Shown in pieces: positions 1 to 15,875 of a DNA stretch of 64,000 nucleotides. Position numbers and translations under genes: made by a program. Source of the stretch: the human T2T-CHM13v2.0 reference genome, Homo sapiens. Every line of letters starts with the position of its first letter. The stretch's first letter is position 1. The notes under the pieces are model-generated. The model had not been told where the DNA came from. It did no database searches and worked only from the letters and a program-made list of their open reading frames with translations. Where the stretch lies: NCBI RefSeq assembly GCF_009914755.1, contig NC_060937.1; one strand, 5' to 3'.

Positions 1-170
1 TCTTCACAGATTCATATTTATCTCCCAGGCTCTGAAGAACACACATTTTAACAAGCTCTCCAATGTATTTGCCAATTATTGCTCATCTAATCAAGTTAAC
101 AAAATGTCATTCATGTTAAGATGATACTTTATGGAATATACATATTATGGGTATATGTCCCTTCAAACTG

Positions 171-1349
171 CAGTCATGCACTGCAAAATAGTTTTCCAAT
201 CAATGCAACACATATACTACATTGATCCCATAATATTATAATGCAGCTGATAAATTTTTATCACGAGGTGACATCAGAGCTATTGTAACACTGTAGTGCA
301 ATGCATTATTCATGTATCTGTGGAAATGCTGGTGTAAATAAACCTACTGTGCTTCCAGTCATATAAAAGTACAGCACATACATTTATGTACAGCAAATAA
401 TATTTGATAATGATAATAAACAACTATGGTACTGGTTTATATATTTATTTTACCATACTTTTAAATTACTATTTTCAACTTACACAAAAAAGTTAATTCT
501 GATACGGTCGTAGGCAGGTCCTTCAGGAGGTACTCCAGAAGAAAGCTTTGTTAGCATAGGTGATGACAGCTCCATGTATGTTATTTCCCCTGAAGACCTT
601 CCAGTAGGACACAACGTAAAGATGGAAGATAGTGATATTGACGATACTGCCCTATGTTGACCTAGGCTAATGTGTGTGTGCACTTGTGTCTTAGGTTTTA
701 ACAAAATATTTTAAAAGTTAATAAAAAGAAAAAACATATAAAACAAGAATACAAAGAAGGAAAATATTTTTGTACAGCTGTACAATGTGTTTGTGCTTTA
801 AGATGTGTTTTTTTAAAGAGTCAAGAAGTTAAAAAATGACTTAGTTTATAAGGTTAAAAGTTATAGTAATCTAAAGTTAATGTATTGGTAAAGCAAATTT
901 TTTTCATCAACTTAATTTAGCCTAAGTGTACGCGTTTTGAAAGTCTACAGTAGGGTTCAGTAATGTCCTAAGCCTTCACATTCACTCACCATTCAGTTGC
1001 TCAGTGATTTACCCAGAGAATATTCCAGTACTGCAAGCTCCATTCATGGTAAGTGCCCTATACAGGTGTAGCATTTTTCGTCTTTTATATAATATTTTTA
1101 CTTTACCTTTTCTATGTGTAGATATACAAATATTTATTGTTGTGTTACAGTAGCCTATAGTATTTAGTACAGTAACATATTGCACAGGTCTGTAGCCTAG
1201 GAGCAATAGGCTATACCATATAGCCTAGGTGTATAGTAGGCAATACCATCTAGGTTAGCCTAAGTACACTCTATGAATATTGCACAATGATGGTAATGCT
1301 TAGAAACACATTTCTTAGAACTATCCCGCAATTAAGTGAAGCATGACTG
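171..1349 (+). mobile_element. Tigger3b (Golem-type TcMar-Tigger) non-autonomous DNA transposon, near full length
   Basis: Terminal inverted repeats CAGTCATGC (171) and GCATGACTG (1341-1349). The interior matches recalled Tigger3 motifs (gcaggtccttcaggaggt, cctaggtgtatagtaggc). Length ~1.2 kb; no transposase ORF. Confidence 0.85.
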
Positions 1350-1859
1350 TGTATTATGACTGAAGGCAGGACATTTAACATAGGTAGCCCTACAGTAGAA
1401 CTGTAAATGTAAACTGTTAGCTGTCCCACTTAATGTTTAAATTGTCTTATCTTTATTCCTGATAGGGATGGAAAATAAGGCATTTGACAGATTACAAACA
1501 GCACACATTGTACCAGAGATCCTGTTAATGTGCTTTCTCAAATATAGCTTGCTGCACAACATTTGCACTTAAAGCTTCCCTTTGCTTGAGTCTGTGGTAC
1601 TCTACTTTCATCATCTAGACAATGTATCAATTTTGGAAAAGTTACAGTGATGAATTACATGGAGAAATTAGGGTACTACTAACTGTTGATATTTTAGGTC
1701 ATTAAAGTAGGTAATAATGTCTGTCATCTCTCTTGGATGTAATATTTTTATTTTACAATTTTATCGTATAACATTCATGATGGGGGAATCAGTTCAGAGC
1801 CTTCCAGTTGACTTTTCCCACTATTATAGACTTAACTCACTCTCCAAGGAAACAGTGCA

Positions 1860-1904
1860 TGTTGTGTATGTGTGTGTGTCTCTGTGTGTGTGTGTTTGTG
1901 TGTG
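1860..1904. repeat. Imperfect (TG)n microsatellite
   Basis: Interrupted TG run visible directly. Confidence 0.85.
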
Positions 1905-4146
1905 CAGAGCCGGGGACATGTTCTGTCAACTACCAAGAATGTAATTCTAATCATAGATTTCTCAGTTGGGAATAATAAGATCTGGTCTAGGAATTTATTT
2001 ATTATCTGTTCTCATGATAGTCATACTTCTACAGTGATCATAATTAAATTTGGGGTGCAACAGGTCTCAAAATGTCTGGATATTCACCAATTACCAAAGT
2101 CAATGACTCTAGGTCACTTTGAGATTGATGCATGTTTCAGGTTTGTTCCTTTTGGAGTCTTAACTTTTCCTTTAATCAATAGATCCCTGGAAATAATGTA
2201 GACTGAAGTCCAGAATCTGGCGAAGATTGTCAGATTCAGCTTTGATTGTTCTTGATTCCCATGGATTGAGCATTCTTGATAGCTTCCAGTCTTCCTTGAC
2301 CCTAAGAACATCATCTTTGATTAACGATCCCATAACTCTCTGAGGTTCAAGTCAAATTTGCTGCCACTCTGACTTTTGTCACGGATTTTATAATTGTATC
2401 CACCTTATTTAAGATGGTTAAGCATTGCTCCCTGTCCTCCATTACTGCAGAATCTTATTAGATACTTTGATGTAAAGAATCTTTTGTCTGTAATAGCATC
2501 TCCTACCACAAGCTCTAGTCTACAGAAGACAGTCACCATATGACACTTTAAATGGCATCAAGGTCACCCTCATCATATTTTTTATTGCCTTGATAAAAAG
2601 TGACTTTCAAGCCCTACCACAGAACATAGTGGACGGGTGTTTTTTGTTTGTTTGATTGATTTTAGTCCTTATATAGTACACCTACTCTAGCACATTCAAT
2701 TTTCTGAGCTTTTTTTTTTCTCCTTTCACCACCTACTTAGTCATTCTAGATTTCTAATTTCCTAGTGTAGCCCATCACATTATCCAAAGTTCTAAAAGCT
2801 ATTCTAACAGCAATTAACACCTTTCCTTGGGTTGCTTGTCAAGGTGCTAACTCTTGTACTGTGGGAGTATGCTCACATATGGATGAACGCTTTGTTATCA
2901 AACCTTCTGTTTTACTCCTCTTGATCAGTATGTCAAGATCCAGGCCCGTAATTCTCTTGTAGCATCTTCCGGGTATAGTTCCTTTCTTCTTTTAATAGGC
3001 ATAATACTTTTCTTGGTAGGATGTTTTGTGACTAATCTTATTTATGGCTCAGGTTAGAAGAAAGGAAGGTGAGTATAGATAATGGATTTGGTGCCATCTT
3101 GCAAGGTCTTTGAATCATATTTAAGAAAGAGGGAATGCTACACTTTAACAGAGAAGCTTGGGATACTTTTATGGGCCCCGCAGATGCAGGAAAATCCGGA
3201 AGTTAAAGCTTTTTGTGTGTGTGAATCACTCAGGAGTACCTGATCCCCAAGTCTCTGTGTATTACTCCTTCCAAATGAAGACTGGTCTTGAAAAAGCAGA
3301 TTTGCCAGGTTGAAAATTCCACCATCTAACTAGTCCTGTTACCATTATAATTTAATTCTGTCTCCAATTTTCAATTTTTGCCATCCTCCAGAACAGGGAT
3401 TTAGAGTTTTTATATATGTTCCCAAAATATACAGACTTTCACATGTAGCTTTATATTTCAGATGGATCTGCAGAATCTCCATTAAGTATGCAGTTCACAT
3501 AAGTGTGGTTTTTTTCCTAAAGGAGATGAACCAAATTAATTAGATAGAATAGTTAAAAGTAGAATAAATTAGGGCCAAAGGCATATAATTTTTCCCCAAC
3601 AATGGCAAAAATGTATGCAAACTAAATTTCAGAATATCATTAAATAAACAGACAACTTACAAAGAATACATACATATTATCTGCACTATATCATGTTTCT
3701 CAATAAGAGGTTGCATGTTAAAAAAAGTGAACCCAATCTTTTTAGAGTAGCATAGGAATCAAATCACACTGATCTCCAGAGAAAGCAAGTAATTTGAGAA
3801 CATTTTATGGCTTTACAGTAAAAATACACAGATTTACATTTAAATAAATATTTTATAATTATTTTTAGTTATTACTATAAGTTTGTAGGCAAATTGTGAA
3901 TAAAATTGATACTATTACTAATGTTACTAAGCTGAAATTAAATATTACCCGCTCAAAAATGTCAAATTATAATTAAATCTGACAGAATTTGAGAGAGGAA
4001 ATGAAGATAAATAAATGGAGAGAGGGATAGAATAGCTAATGTGTTTGTTCTATGTATTGGGAATCCATGAAGCACAGTTTAAAATGAACAATCAGAAATT
4101 AATATTCAGAAAAATTTAAATTATTATTTGAATTTATTATTATTTA

Positions 4147-4488
<342 letters not shown>

Positions 4489-4648
4489 TCAAATAACAAA
4501 AATCAGAAAAATAATTTACTATTAAAGGGATAGAAAGGAATTGTGTCAATTAAAAATCATCTTTGATAGTAAGCAATTCATCTTTTAAATAAAACAGTAA
4601 ATTCCAACTGAACAATTAGCTGTAAAAACATATTTATTAGTTAAATAG

Positions 4649-4940
<292 letters not shown>

Positions 4941-5861
4941 ATTAGTTAAATAGAGGAAACAACCATATTTAAAACACAATGTTAAAAAATTATTGTCCCT
5001 TAGAAGTAATACTGGAGATCTGCAATGCTTTTTTTATAATAACATATCTGTAGTAATTTTTATTATGTGGACACATTATTAAATAAAAGATAAAGGATTG
5101 CAATACCTATCAAAATTATAAAACTTGTCACAAATTTTAATACACAATAGAGAATTTGCCTTAAGGAAATTATTCAGTATAATACAAAAGGTCTATTGCA
5201 TAAGAATTTTTACTGTAGAGTATGCACAATATTGAAATGTGGTAGAACTCAATAATGAAGAGATAATATGCACAACTATTAATATAACCAATTTTAAAGA
5301 CAGAAGGAATCAATATCTATGGCTAAAGCTTATTATAAAAAATTATAATTGCATGTATCCTATTTCAATTATGTGCTTAGAAATAATTAGTCTAAGAAGA
5401 AAACGTGTTTTGTTGTTGTTCTTCTGTTTGTTTTGTGGGGTTTTTTGTGTTCCAAAACTTTCTATGAGTAACGGTTTTAAAGGAAAGAGACTTTTGACAG
5501 AATGATGTTGGGAAATATAATGAGGATGAGAATTTAAAAATTAAGCAGTGGAACCATGCTTGGGGCAATCTAATTTAGTTCAGAATTACATGGGAACAAG
5601 CAGAAAGGTGGAAAGACATGGTCCATGTTGCAGAATTTGGTCATAATGAAGAGCAGTCAAGCCACTAAGCTTCCTCAATGTTGTGTCAATCACCAAGTAA
5701 AGAAAGAATAAATACCCTCAGCTCTGAGACAAGCAGTGATTTCCTTAAGACCTTTCATGGTAAACTCGTGCTACAAATTCCTAAAAGCAACAGTGACTTC
5801 TACTTCTAGCTGATAATTAGGTGGCATTGATTCAGGATCTCTGGGGACCTGGTAAAGCATA

Positions 5862-5970
5862 TGTTGAGCTAACCTACCTATGATTGCTGTCAACAGTTCC
5901 AACATCACTAGCAAGGGAAATTCACCAGTCCATGGTGATCCTATGGTTATGTACTTGCAGTTGATCATGA
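5862..5970 (+). repeat. Copy 1 of a ~110-bp dispersed direct repeat
   Basis: Hand alignment to 6625-6736 gives 11 mismatches plus one 3-bp indel. Confidence 0.9.
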
Positions 5971-6624
5971 CTTGTGATATACCCTTTATTTTCTTATTGT
6001 TGCAATATAACAGAAAAATAACATTAAAAAGTGCAATAAAATGATAATCACAAAACTCACAGTAGAATACAAACATGAGAGCAGCAATGAGAGATATCAG
6101 ATTATCACAAAAGAGGGACAATGGCTGGTGGTGAAACGCAATGAACCAAATTACCAACTTGCCTCCTCTACTTAATTTAGTTCATCTACTTTAGGGGAAA
6201 AAAAAAAAAAGCACTTATGTGTCCCGCATACTTCATGGAGATTCTGCAGAGCTATCTGAAATACAAAGCCAAATGTGAGTCAGTTAGTATTTGGAGCATA
6301 TATAAAGACTCTAATTCCCTACTCTGGAGGACAGCAAGAGTTGAAAATTAGAGCCAGAATTAAATTATAATGGTAATAGAGCTAGTCAGATGGTGGAATT
6401 TTCAACCCTAGCAAATCTACTTTTTCAAGATCAGAATTTTCATTTGGAAGGAGTGAAGCACAGAGACTTGGGGATCAGGTACTCTTGAATGATCCATATA
6501 CACAAAGAACTTTAATTTCCAGATTTCCCTGTATCTCTGGGGCCCATAAAAGTGTCCCAAGCTTCCCAGTTAAAGGGTACCATTCCCTCTTTTTTGAATA
6601 TGATTCAAAGACCTTGAAAGAGCT

Positions 6625-6736
6625 TGTTGAGCTAACCCACCTACGATTGCTGTCAAAGGGTCCGATATCACTACTAGCAAGGGAAATTCACCAGACCATG
6701 GTGATTATATAGTTATGTACTTGCAGTTGATCATGA
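6625..6736 (+). repeat. Copy 2 of a ~110-bp dispersed direct repeat
   Basis: See copy 1 at 5862-5970. Confidence 0.9.
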
Positions 6737-7780
6737 GCATCAGCTGAAAGTTGAAGTAAAGGCAGAAACATGGTCTCATTCTCTCACAGAAAGCAAAAGG
6801 GGATATTTGCCAGTATATACCTAAGTGCCGAAGCCAGTCTTTCCCCCACCCTTGCTACTATACAGAATCAAAGCAATTCCATTCCCACTCACCTCCAAAA
6901 AAAATCACCTCCAAGAAAACAGTCTCAAATATTTCACTTAGTTACCTTTTTCATAATTTTTAATATGTGTGACAGGGTAAAGACTGCCTTAGCATGCTTA
7001 TCTTTAAAAGTATTGCTAACATTTATTTGTATTTTATTAAATTTAACTCCCTCTAACATCCCAGGATTTGATCAAACTGAAATAGTTTGCCTAAGTTTGA
7101 AGAAAAGACAAAATTGATAGGTTTTATCTGAAAACAGGAATGCATTTTATTAAGTGCAAAGGTGATAATTTTAACATCAATGAACAACACATTAACACAG
7201 AAACAAATAACCTTAAGGCTGAATAGAAAGGCATAGTATTTTCAATTCTTATAAAGTTTCTGTTTCAGAGATAGCCATAGGGATGCTTTAATATTCTTCC
7301 CAAACATGTACCTTTACCTCTGGGGGGTTCCTGCCTGGTTGGTGATAAAGGTGGCTTGATTCAAGAAGACTTGCAGTACTAATGGTTTTTATAAAATGCA
7401 TCAACTGTTTAGAAGTCAAAACATAAAAGAGTAGCTTTACCTGTTCTTTGTAAAATAAGAAAAAACTAAAAGTTTATAGTCTATAAAGCAAATTTTCAAA
7501 CAAAGAAACTTTTATGGCCCATAACGAATATCACTGTCAGTTTAAACCCTTTACTTTTCTTTCTCTAAATATTACTTTCATTAATTATCACCTAGAAACT
7601 ACTCCAGGCATTTTTCACAGATCCTGGCTCTCCATCTGCTTTGGTTTTATCATCTGTCTGCTGGACACATGATAGATGAATAACACCCTACTACAATACT
7701 CTACCAATTATCAAATTATCAAAATTCTTAATTCTCTCATACAGTGAGGGATCTTTTTCTATATAATCTATTATCATGAT

Positions 7781-7818
7781 ATTCTCCTCCAAATACAAGA
7801 CATTCTCCTCCAAATACA
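7781..7818. repeat. Short tandem duplication (attctcctccaaataca x2, period 21)
   Basis: Seen directly. Confidence 0.85.
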
Positions 7819-8893
7819 GGTTCAACTTTTTTTCTCCCTTTTCATACCAAAATGCAATTTAAATGAGAAGTCTTTCACAAATCTGTGCTTTTACCTTGCT
7901 TTGTATGATAAACAACCTAAAACCAAGTGAAATTAAGAAACTATTTATTCTTCAAAATATGAATGAAATAAAATGTTGACGTCAAGACTGAAACACATTT
8001 ATTTACAAAAAGCAACAACTCTGAAAATGATTATTTCAAGATGCTAGAGGTAGGAAGTCATGGCCACTATTTTTAAGATTAGGAAGTAAAAGTATAGCTT
8101 CACAAAAGATGGCCTCATAAGCATGATTCTGTAAGCTTATCAGCATCTTTCTATTTAGAAATACGCAGTGAATTATTTACCACAAATTGCCTGAAACATG
8201 TTACTTGACCATATTTAGCCATAATTTAAAAGAAGAAACACTGTCAAAATAACCTATCCTTTCCCTAAGACAGAATGACAGATATGAGCGATCAAAGCAA
8301 TACAATACACATAATCTATATCAACTTTAGAAAGGCTCCTGATGTTGTCCTGCCAACCATAACGTTAAACACCCTGGAAATATATGACCTTGACTCCAAA
8401 ATTATTGAGAAGGCTGAACAACTGGTTGTTGGTTTTTAATGGATTATGTCAACTGAAGAGGAGAAATGAAAGATGTCTTTAGTGATTCCTTCTCGACTCA
8501 GTGATATTTATTGCTGCCATCCATAACCTAGATTGATACTTTCTTTTAGAAAAAAAAAAAAAAGCGTCCTTGTTACTCACTTGGGAATCTGGGGACAGTT
8601 ATTGTCCAATCTGCCATTTACCATTTATCTTTGTCTCTCATACCTCATTCAAACCACACATCTGTCATTCTTTTTCCTTTTATGGCCGTTCTCATTTCCT
8701 TATTTACCCTCTTTTAAAACTTAAGCAAAGCACACGAGGAAATATTGTTATTCAGTAACAATCTTTGAAGCACTACAATGTCACATTGTACAGCTTGCAA
8801 AATAATAGAAAAGCTAAGTAAATAAAAGAATAAAAGAAAAGAAAAGCAATTAATTTTCAAAAATGTCTGTTCTTAAGACCTATATGGGTTCAG

Positions 8894-9308
<415 letters not shown>

Positions 9309-9617
9309 CTAGGCATGTTTGGGAAACACTGATTTAAGTAATGTACTCTAAAATGCCCATCAAGTTTCTAAATCAGGATGCAAGTAGAGATAGAATATAT
9401 GATTAGCATTTGATTCATTACTGGTTTCTTTCACTGAAGTAGTTAAAATTCTATTTACAACATAATCTCCATCTGAGGTATGATGAGTAAAACAGATCTT
9501 TTACAGAATGATTACATATGAGCATCATCAAAACTCTTAATATATCATTCAAAGGATCAGAGTTGGTCAGATTTTGGTATAAAATAAAAGTTCAGTCCTA
9601 GATGTTATCTATCATAG

Positions 9618-9917
<300 letters not shown>

Positions 9918-12269
9918 TATCATAGATATTTTTGGCAAGTGAGAAAGGCTATTTCAATGTTACTAATAAAGTGTACACAGAGAAACTCTCAGTTCTGGGT
10001 AGAGTACTTCCAGTTAGCATCTTTATCTCTAGAGAATCTTCAACCCCATGTTAGACAATTCATTAATTTGGTTCTTTCACTTTTAATCTGAAAATGTAGT
10101 TCCTATTTAGCTTAAGAAGTAGAGGAAAGATAGATAACACGTTGTGCACACACATGAGGTATGAACCAGTAACAGAAAATGACACCTTGAGCTGAACACA
10201 TGGTGTGAGATGGTGTCCAAATTTCTGCTCTAGCAAGAGTCTAATACTTAGGGGGATATGGGATACATAAACCTTATCCTCGTCTTCAAGTTGCACTTAG
10301 CTGGAATTATTCTCACCACTAGTGGACCATTCCTCCTTTCTACTTCTCTTACTTTTTTTTCTTTTCTTCCTCCACCAACTTTTGCTAGTAAGAATTGAAT
10401 GTGAAAAACCTAATTATGTCTCTTATCTCCCCAAAATCTTCAGTGGAGAATGCAAATGGATAATACAAGTTACGGAGAAATTTATATACTATCTAATGTT
10501 ACCATTTTATGTATTGTATAATTATCAGCTTGGCCACCAGATTTGTAAAAATGTATAAAAAACAATGTCTAAATTCATGTAGCTGATTTTTTCATTCCCT
10601 GCTAGGTATGGGTATGAGAAGTCTTCAGAGCTCAGGATGTCAAAAGAGAGCCTTTCATCTCCAATTGAGTATTTCTGCGTATACATTACTAGTAAGTTTG
10701 ACATTTATTTTCTTGTCATTTGCTAATCAACTCTGTGATAGATCACATTCATATTGGAAGATCTCATTAAACAATGAAATCTGATGCTGATCAAATTATT
10801 AACGATTCCTTAAGATACTATGTTCATTCTTTGTTTCCTTTCTATAAATCTGTTTCTGTAGATATGATGTTAGCATAATCTCTAGAATTTCTGTCCACTT
10901 ATCTTCATTAGATAAGTTACATGCCTAAGGAGGGTCCTTTTGAAAAGGTCTGAAATAGAACAAAGGTCTGATATTTTACCTTATTTTATTGTTATTACCT
11001 AATGGTTTCCAGAGGTCCTAAAGAAGTTAAGATTTTAGGAAAGTTGGGAGAATGTTCCCCATCAGCATCTTATTTTAGAGGTGCTGGCAAAATACAAAAG
11101 ACTTCCTGGGCAGAGACATAGAATTATGTTACTCACAGCAAAGCAGCAGCATGGCCTCTATTATCTTTATTAGGGAAATAGGAATGAAAATTAAGAAGTA
11201 ATACCAACATTTTACTTTAAGTATAAAAATTCTGTTTCAGCGTAAGTTATTTTCCTTTTTAATAATTAAGTGATGCTTTATCAATATTAAAGTACTGTTG
11301 TATCTTCTTATACTGGAGTACATGTTGACACATAAATTTAAAAAGTTGGTATACCTCAACTTTAATTGTGCTTGTTATGGGAAAGAGTCCTTTGGTGACG
11401 TTCAGGATGCTGAAGATCATAAGTTGCCAAACACCCTATAGAAGAAAGTTCCTCAAAATCATTGAAAACATACTTCACTTATACTGAAGTTATCAGAATT
11501 CCCTTTCATTTCAGGATAGCTGCTTCAGAGTGTAGAGGGCATTTTAATTTGGGATGCAATATTCTATTACTGACCGAAAACATTGGATGTATTGTGACCT
11601 AGATGAGAAATGTTTGAAATCTATTTGGGGAATTCATCACTGGCCACATTTTGGGCCAACAAAATCTTACAAATTTCCTCGTGCTTCTCTGGTTTGTCTA
11701 TTACGTCCAGTGACAGAGACACTGAATGTTTTTACCTTCTCAAGATAAGTAATGCATTACTCTTTATATGATTTCATACAATTTTCTTAATAATTCCATG
11801 AGAAAAGTTACTGTTATCTTCATTGTTCATAAAAAGGCATCCCTTAGGAGAAATACATACTACAATATAGAGAGAATTACTATTATAACCCTATTATTTG
11901 TATGAGAATGGGAAATACGGGCTGATATCATGTAGACAAATCTTTCAAGCTAGGTATGTAGGTCACCGCTTTTCCCACTTTAAGAGCAATTGTGTAATGC
12001 TACTGCAAGAATTCTAAATACCATCCTAAAGTAGTTAAAGATATAAGAAGAAATATGTAGTTTTAACTTTAAGTACTAAACATCATAAAGGTACAGAAAA
12101 TTGTAAAGACAGGAGAAAAAAATTATATGTTATATTTAAATGATATATTTATGTGTTACCTAAATCATTAATCAAATGTAATAGAATGACTAAGTATTTC
12201 TAATATTGAGACTTTACAGCATTTTATTTTGATGACAATTGATAACTCACGAAGTTGCAAAATGTATAA

Positions 12270-12400
12270 CAAAAGATACATGTGACAGGAAGTAAAAACG
12301 CCTGGTTTCTATATGTAAATATTTCATGAACTTTCTGGATGCTAGTTTCTTCATCTGTTAAATAAAGAGATTGGATCAAATCATGCATAAGATATTTTTT
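12270..12400 (+). mobile_element. MIR SINE fragment
   Basis: Core-like agtttcttcatctgttaaataaagagattgga; highly diverged, boundaries approximate. Confidence 0.45.
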
Positions 12401-12487
12401 GGATGAACACATTATGATTCTGTGTTTGATACATATGAAAACACTCTGAACCAAAATATTTATTTGAACAAATATTTTGAAATACTT

Positions 12488-12780
12488 GCTGCGCGCGGTG
12501 GCTCACGCCTGTAATCCAAGCACTTTGGGATGCCAAGACGGGCGGATCACAAGGTCAGGAGATCAAGAACATCCTGGCTAACACGGTGAAACCCCGTCTC
12601 TACTAAAAATACAAAAAATTAGCCCGGCATGGTGGCGGGCGCCTGTAGTCCCAGCTACTCGGGAGGCTGAGGCAGGAGATTAGCGTGAACCTGGGAGGCG
12701 GAGCTTGCAGTGAGCCTAGATCACGCCACTGCACTACAGCCTGGGCAACAGAGCAAGACTCCGTCTCAAAAAAAAAAAAA
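12488..12780 (+). mobile_element. AluY SINE
   Basis: Full Alu, ctggctaacacggtg and gcgtgaacctgggaggcggagcttg; TSD gaaatacttg / gaaatgcttg. Confidence 0.95.
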
Positions 12781-14129
12781 GAAATGCTTGATGAAGATAA
12801 GGTCAGTAAGCTTACATGTAAATTGTCATCAATATTTTAAAAGATATTTTATATTTAGAAATTTTATTAATGTTAACTAATTAAAATACGTCTAGTGGTG
12901 GTATAATTTCTTTGTAAAACAGAACATTTCTTTGATGTATAATTAAATATTTAGCCCTGAATAGGTCTAATTTAAGCAAATGTTTTATAAAACTTTTGTA
13001 CTCTAGTTCTAAAAGGCTATTAACATTTTACACATATAAAATGAAAACAATTACTAAATAGCTAATTTTGATTAGTTTCAGAGTTTAGTTAATGCTTATT
13101 TTAAAAATTTGTTACTTGCAAAATTAAGAAGTTCTAATTAAATGGAAAATTAAGATTACATTACTATGTACATTACATTCACAGAGAATGTCAATGTCAT
13201 TTTAAGAACTATGTAGTTATTTAAATAAAAAACTGCTTACAACTTTATCATAATATGTTACTTCTTATTCACAGTGTATTAAAGCTATTATAAAACGTGA
13301 CAAAGTGTATATGCCTTCTTTCTCACAATTTAAGCTTGTACCAAAGAGATGTAAAGAATTTTTAAAATATTGTACATATGAATTTAGTAATTTTGTTGCC
13401 TGAGCCTCATACCAAAGTTTCACTGATATTTCTCATTCTTTTGAACTCTGAATGTAATAAATTAAAGGTTAAAATACTGTAAATTTTTTTACCAATGAAT
13501 CAACAATACTATTTTCATTACCTTGCCTATGTTGTCAACAGAAGTAACAAAGATGTGCATGTTTAAACATCGTAAATATATTTTAAACTAATATTACATT
13601 TAATTGAAAGGAAAAACACTACTATTATCAATTGTTATATTTAATAATTCTATGAAATATAATTAATATTAGATATGTTTATTCAAAGCAAATACTTTTC
13701 TCTTAGTTATTATTCTTTCCTTGTATCTAGCAAAATTCCTAAACAGTGGATGCTCAAAATATTTCTTGAGAAAATAACTGGATTAATCATTATTATTTTA
13801 TCCTCATGATATAAAAGAGACCACTGTACCCATTAAAAAGGCACTTTGAGTGTTTCCATCAGTCTATGTTCCAAAATTAAAGACAACATTTATTAATCAT
13901 TTATTAATCTTGATTCCTTAGCTTAATTCTTGGTCAATAGTTTTGTAGTCTTAGGGCAAAGGGTTATAGTTCAAAAAGTGAGTTACAAAATAACCAAATC
14001 ATTGGCTATTTATACAAGCAAATTGCCACTCTTATAAAACCATGCTATTATTCTTCAAGGGAGGTTCTGAAAACATTGGAAAAAGCTTAGTGTGGAAACC
14101 TGACAGTCACTTAAATAAATATGACATGA

Positions 14130-14482
<353 letters not shown>

Positions 14483-15512
14483 TAATGTATCTAAATTTTC
14501 TATCAAAGAACATACAATAAAAAGCAATATTAACCTGCAAGACCCTTAACAAAATGTGAAAGGAATCATTATTATGGAATTATTTAAAAATTATCAGAAA
14601 AATTGATGAAGAAAAAATCAATTAATTAAAAACATAGTCACAAATTAAATTACCTTGTTTTTTACTTCCTTTTTAGTTGGATGTGAATAAATCAAAGATA
14701 TGTCTGGAAACTAATGAGAGTGACTTTGAAATTTGGTGGTATTCCAGGGAGGAATACTTTATTTGAATTTCATATAACAAGGCATTATTGAAAATAGTTG
14801 TGTTCAAACAAAACATAGTAATTTATAAATGTGACCAACAGATTCACTCTTCTTGGAATCACACTGATTAGAGGGTTACACATACACACACATACATGCA
14901 AAAATTATTTATTCCTTGGGAGCACCATTGTCCTTGTCTCTAAATTTCAGGTCCCACATTTTTGACATCAGTTACTGCAGCCAACTACCGACATAATCAA
15001 TGTTTACACTTCTCAAAAGAGGTGCCAGATTTTATACTGTATAATTACTTTGATTATAAGATAGCCTACAGTTATCAAGCACATATATGTGCTTGATATG
15101 TTCTATGTTCTGACAATAAAGGTAATATATACTAGTGATCTTTAATGAAAAGTGCTTTCTTCTTTTTATTATATATTTTTTGAGTTATCGAGATAGTTCC
15201 CAATGTTTCCTCTTCACTGAAAAATGTGCTACTATCCACAGATACCCATGCCAATCATAATTATATGTCATATCCTAATTCATCTAGGCATAGTGAATCA
15301 GAACAGATGGACATATGACCACATCTGAAGCTGTAGGTCACTTGTAACTTGAATAAAAACTGAGATGGAGCAAACTCTTATCTCTAATGTTATCTTGCAT
15401 GGCGAAAGCAAAGATTCTTAAGCTATGTATCATTCCTTTCAGCTAACCATGTGTATCGACAAGCAGATATGATGTGATGCATGACAGAAATTGTGTTTTC
15501 AAATTTTATAGA

Positions 15513-15875
15513 TGATATGGTTTGGCTCTGTGTCCCCACCCAAATCTCATCTTGTAAAGCCCATAATTCTCATGTGTTGTGGGAGGGACCTGGCAGGAGA
15601 TATTGAATCTGGGGGCGGTTCCTTCCCATGCTGTTCTCCTGTTGGTGAATGGGCCTCATGAGTTCTGATGCCTTTACAAACTGGAGTTTCTCTGCATAAA
15701 CTCTCTTTGCCTGCTGCCATCCACATGAGATGTGACTTGCTCATCCTTGCCTTCTGCCATGATTGTGAGGCCTCCCCAGCCATGTGGAACTGAGACCAAT
15801 TAAACCTCTTTCTTTTGTAAATTGCCCAGTGCCTCTAGTATGTCTTTATCAGCAGCGTGAAAATGGACTAATAGA
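15513..15875 (+). mobile_element. THE1 (B/C/D-like) ERVL-MaLR solo LTR
   Basis: Starts tgatatggtttggctctgtgtccccacccaaatctcatcttg and ends cagcagcgtgaaaatggactaata; 5-bp TSD ataga on both sides; ~360 bp. Confidence 0.93.

Noticed and set aside
2925-3002. Minus-strand 25-aa ORF MPIKRRKELYPEDATRELRAWILTY, reminiscent of a TALE homeodomain N-terminus
   Set aside because: It stops immediately, has no WF.N.R helix 3 in the continuing frame and no splice support; most likely chance.
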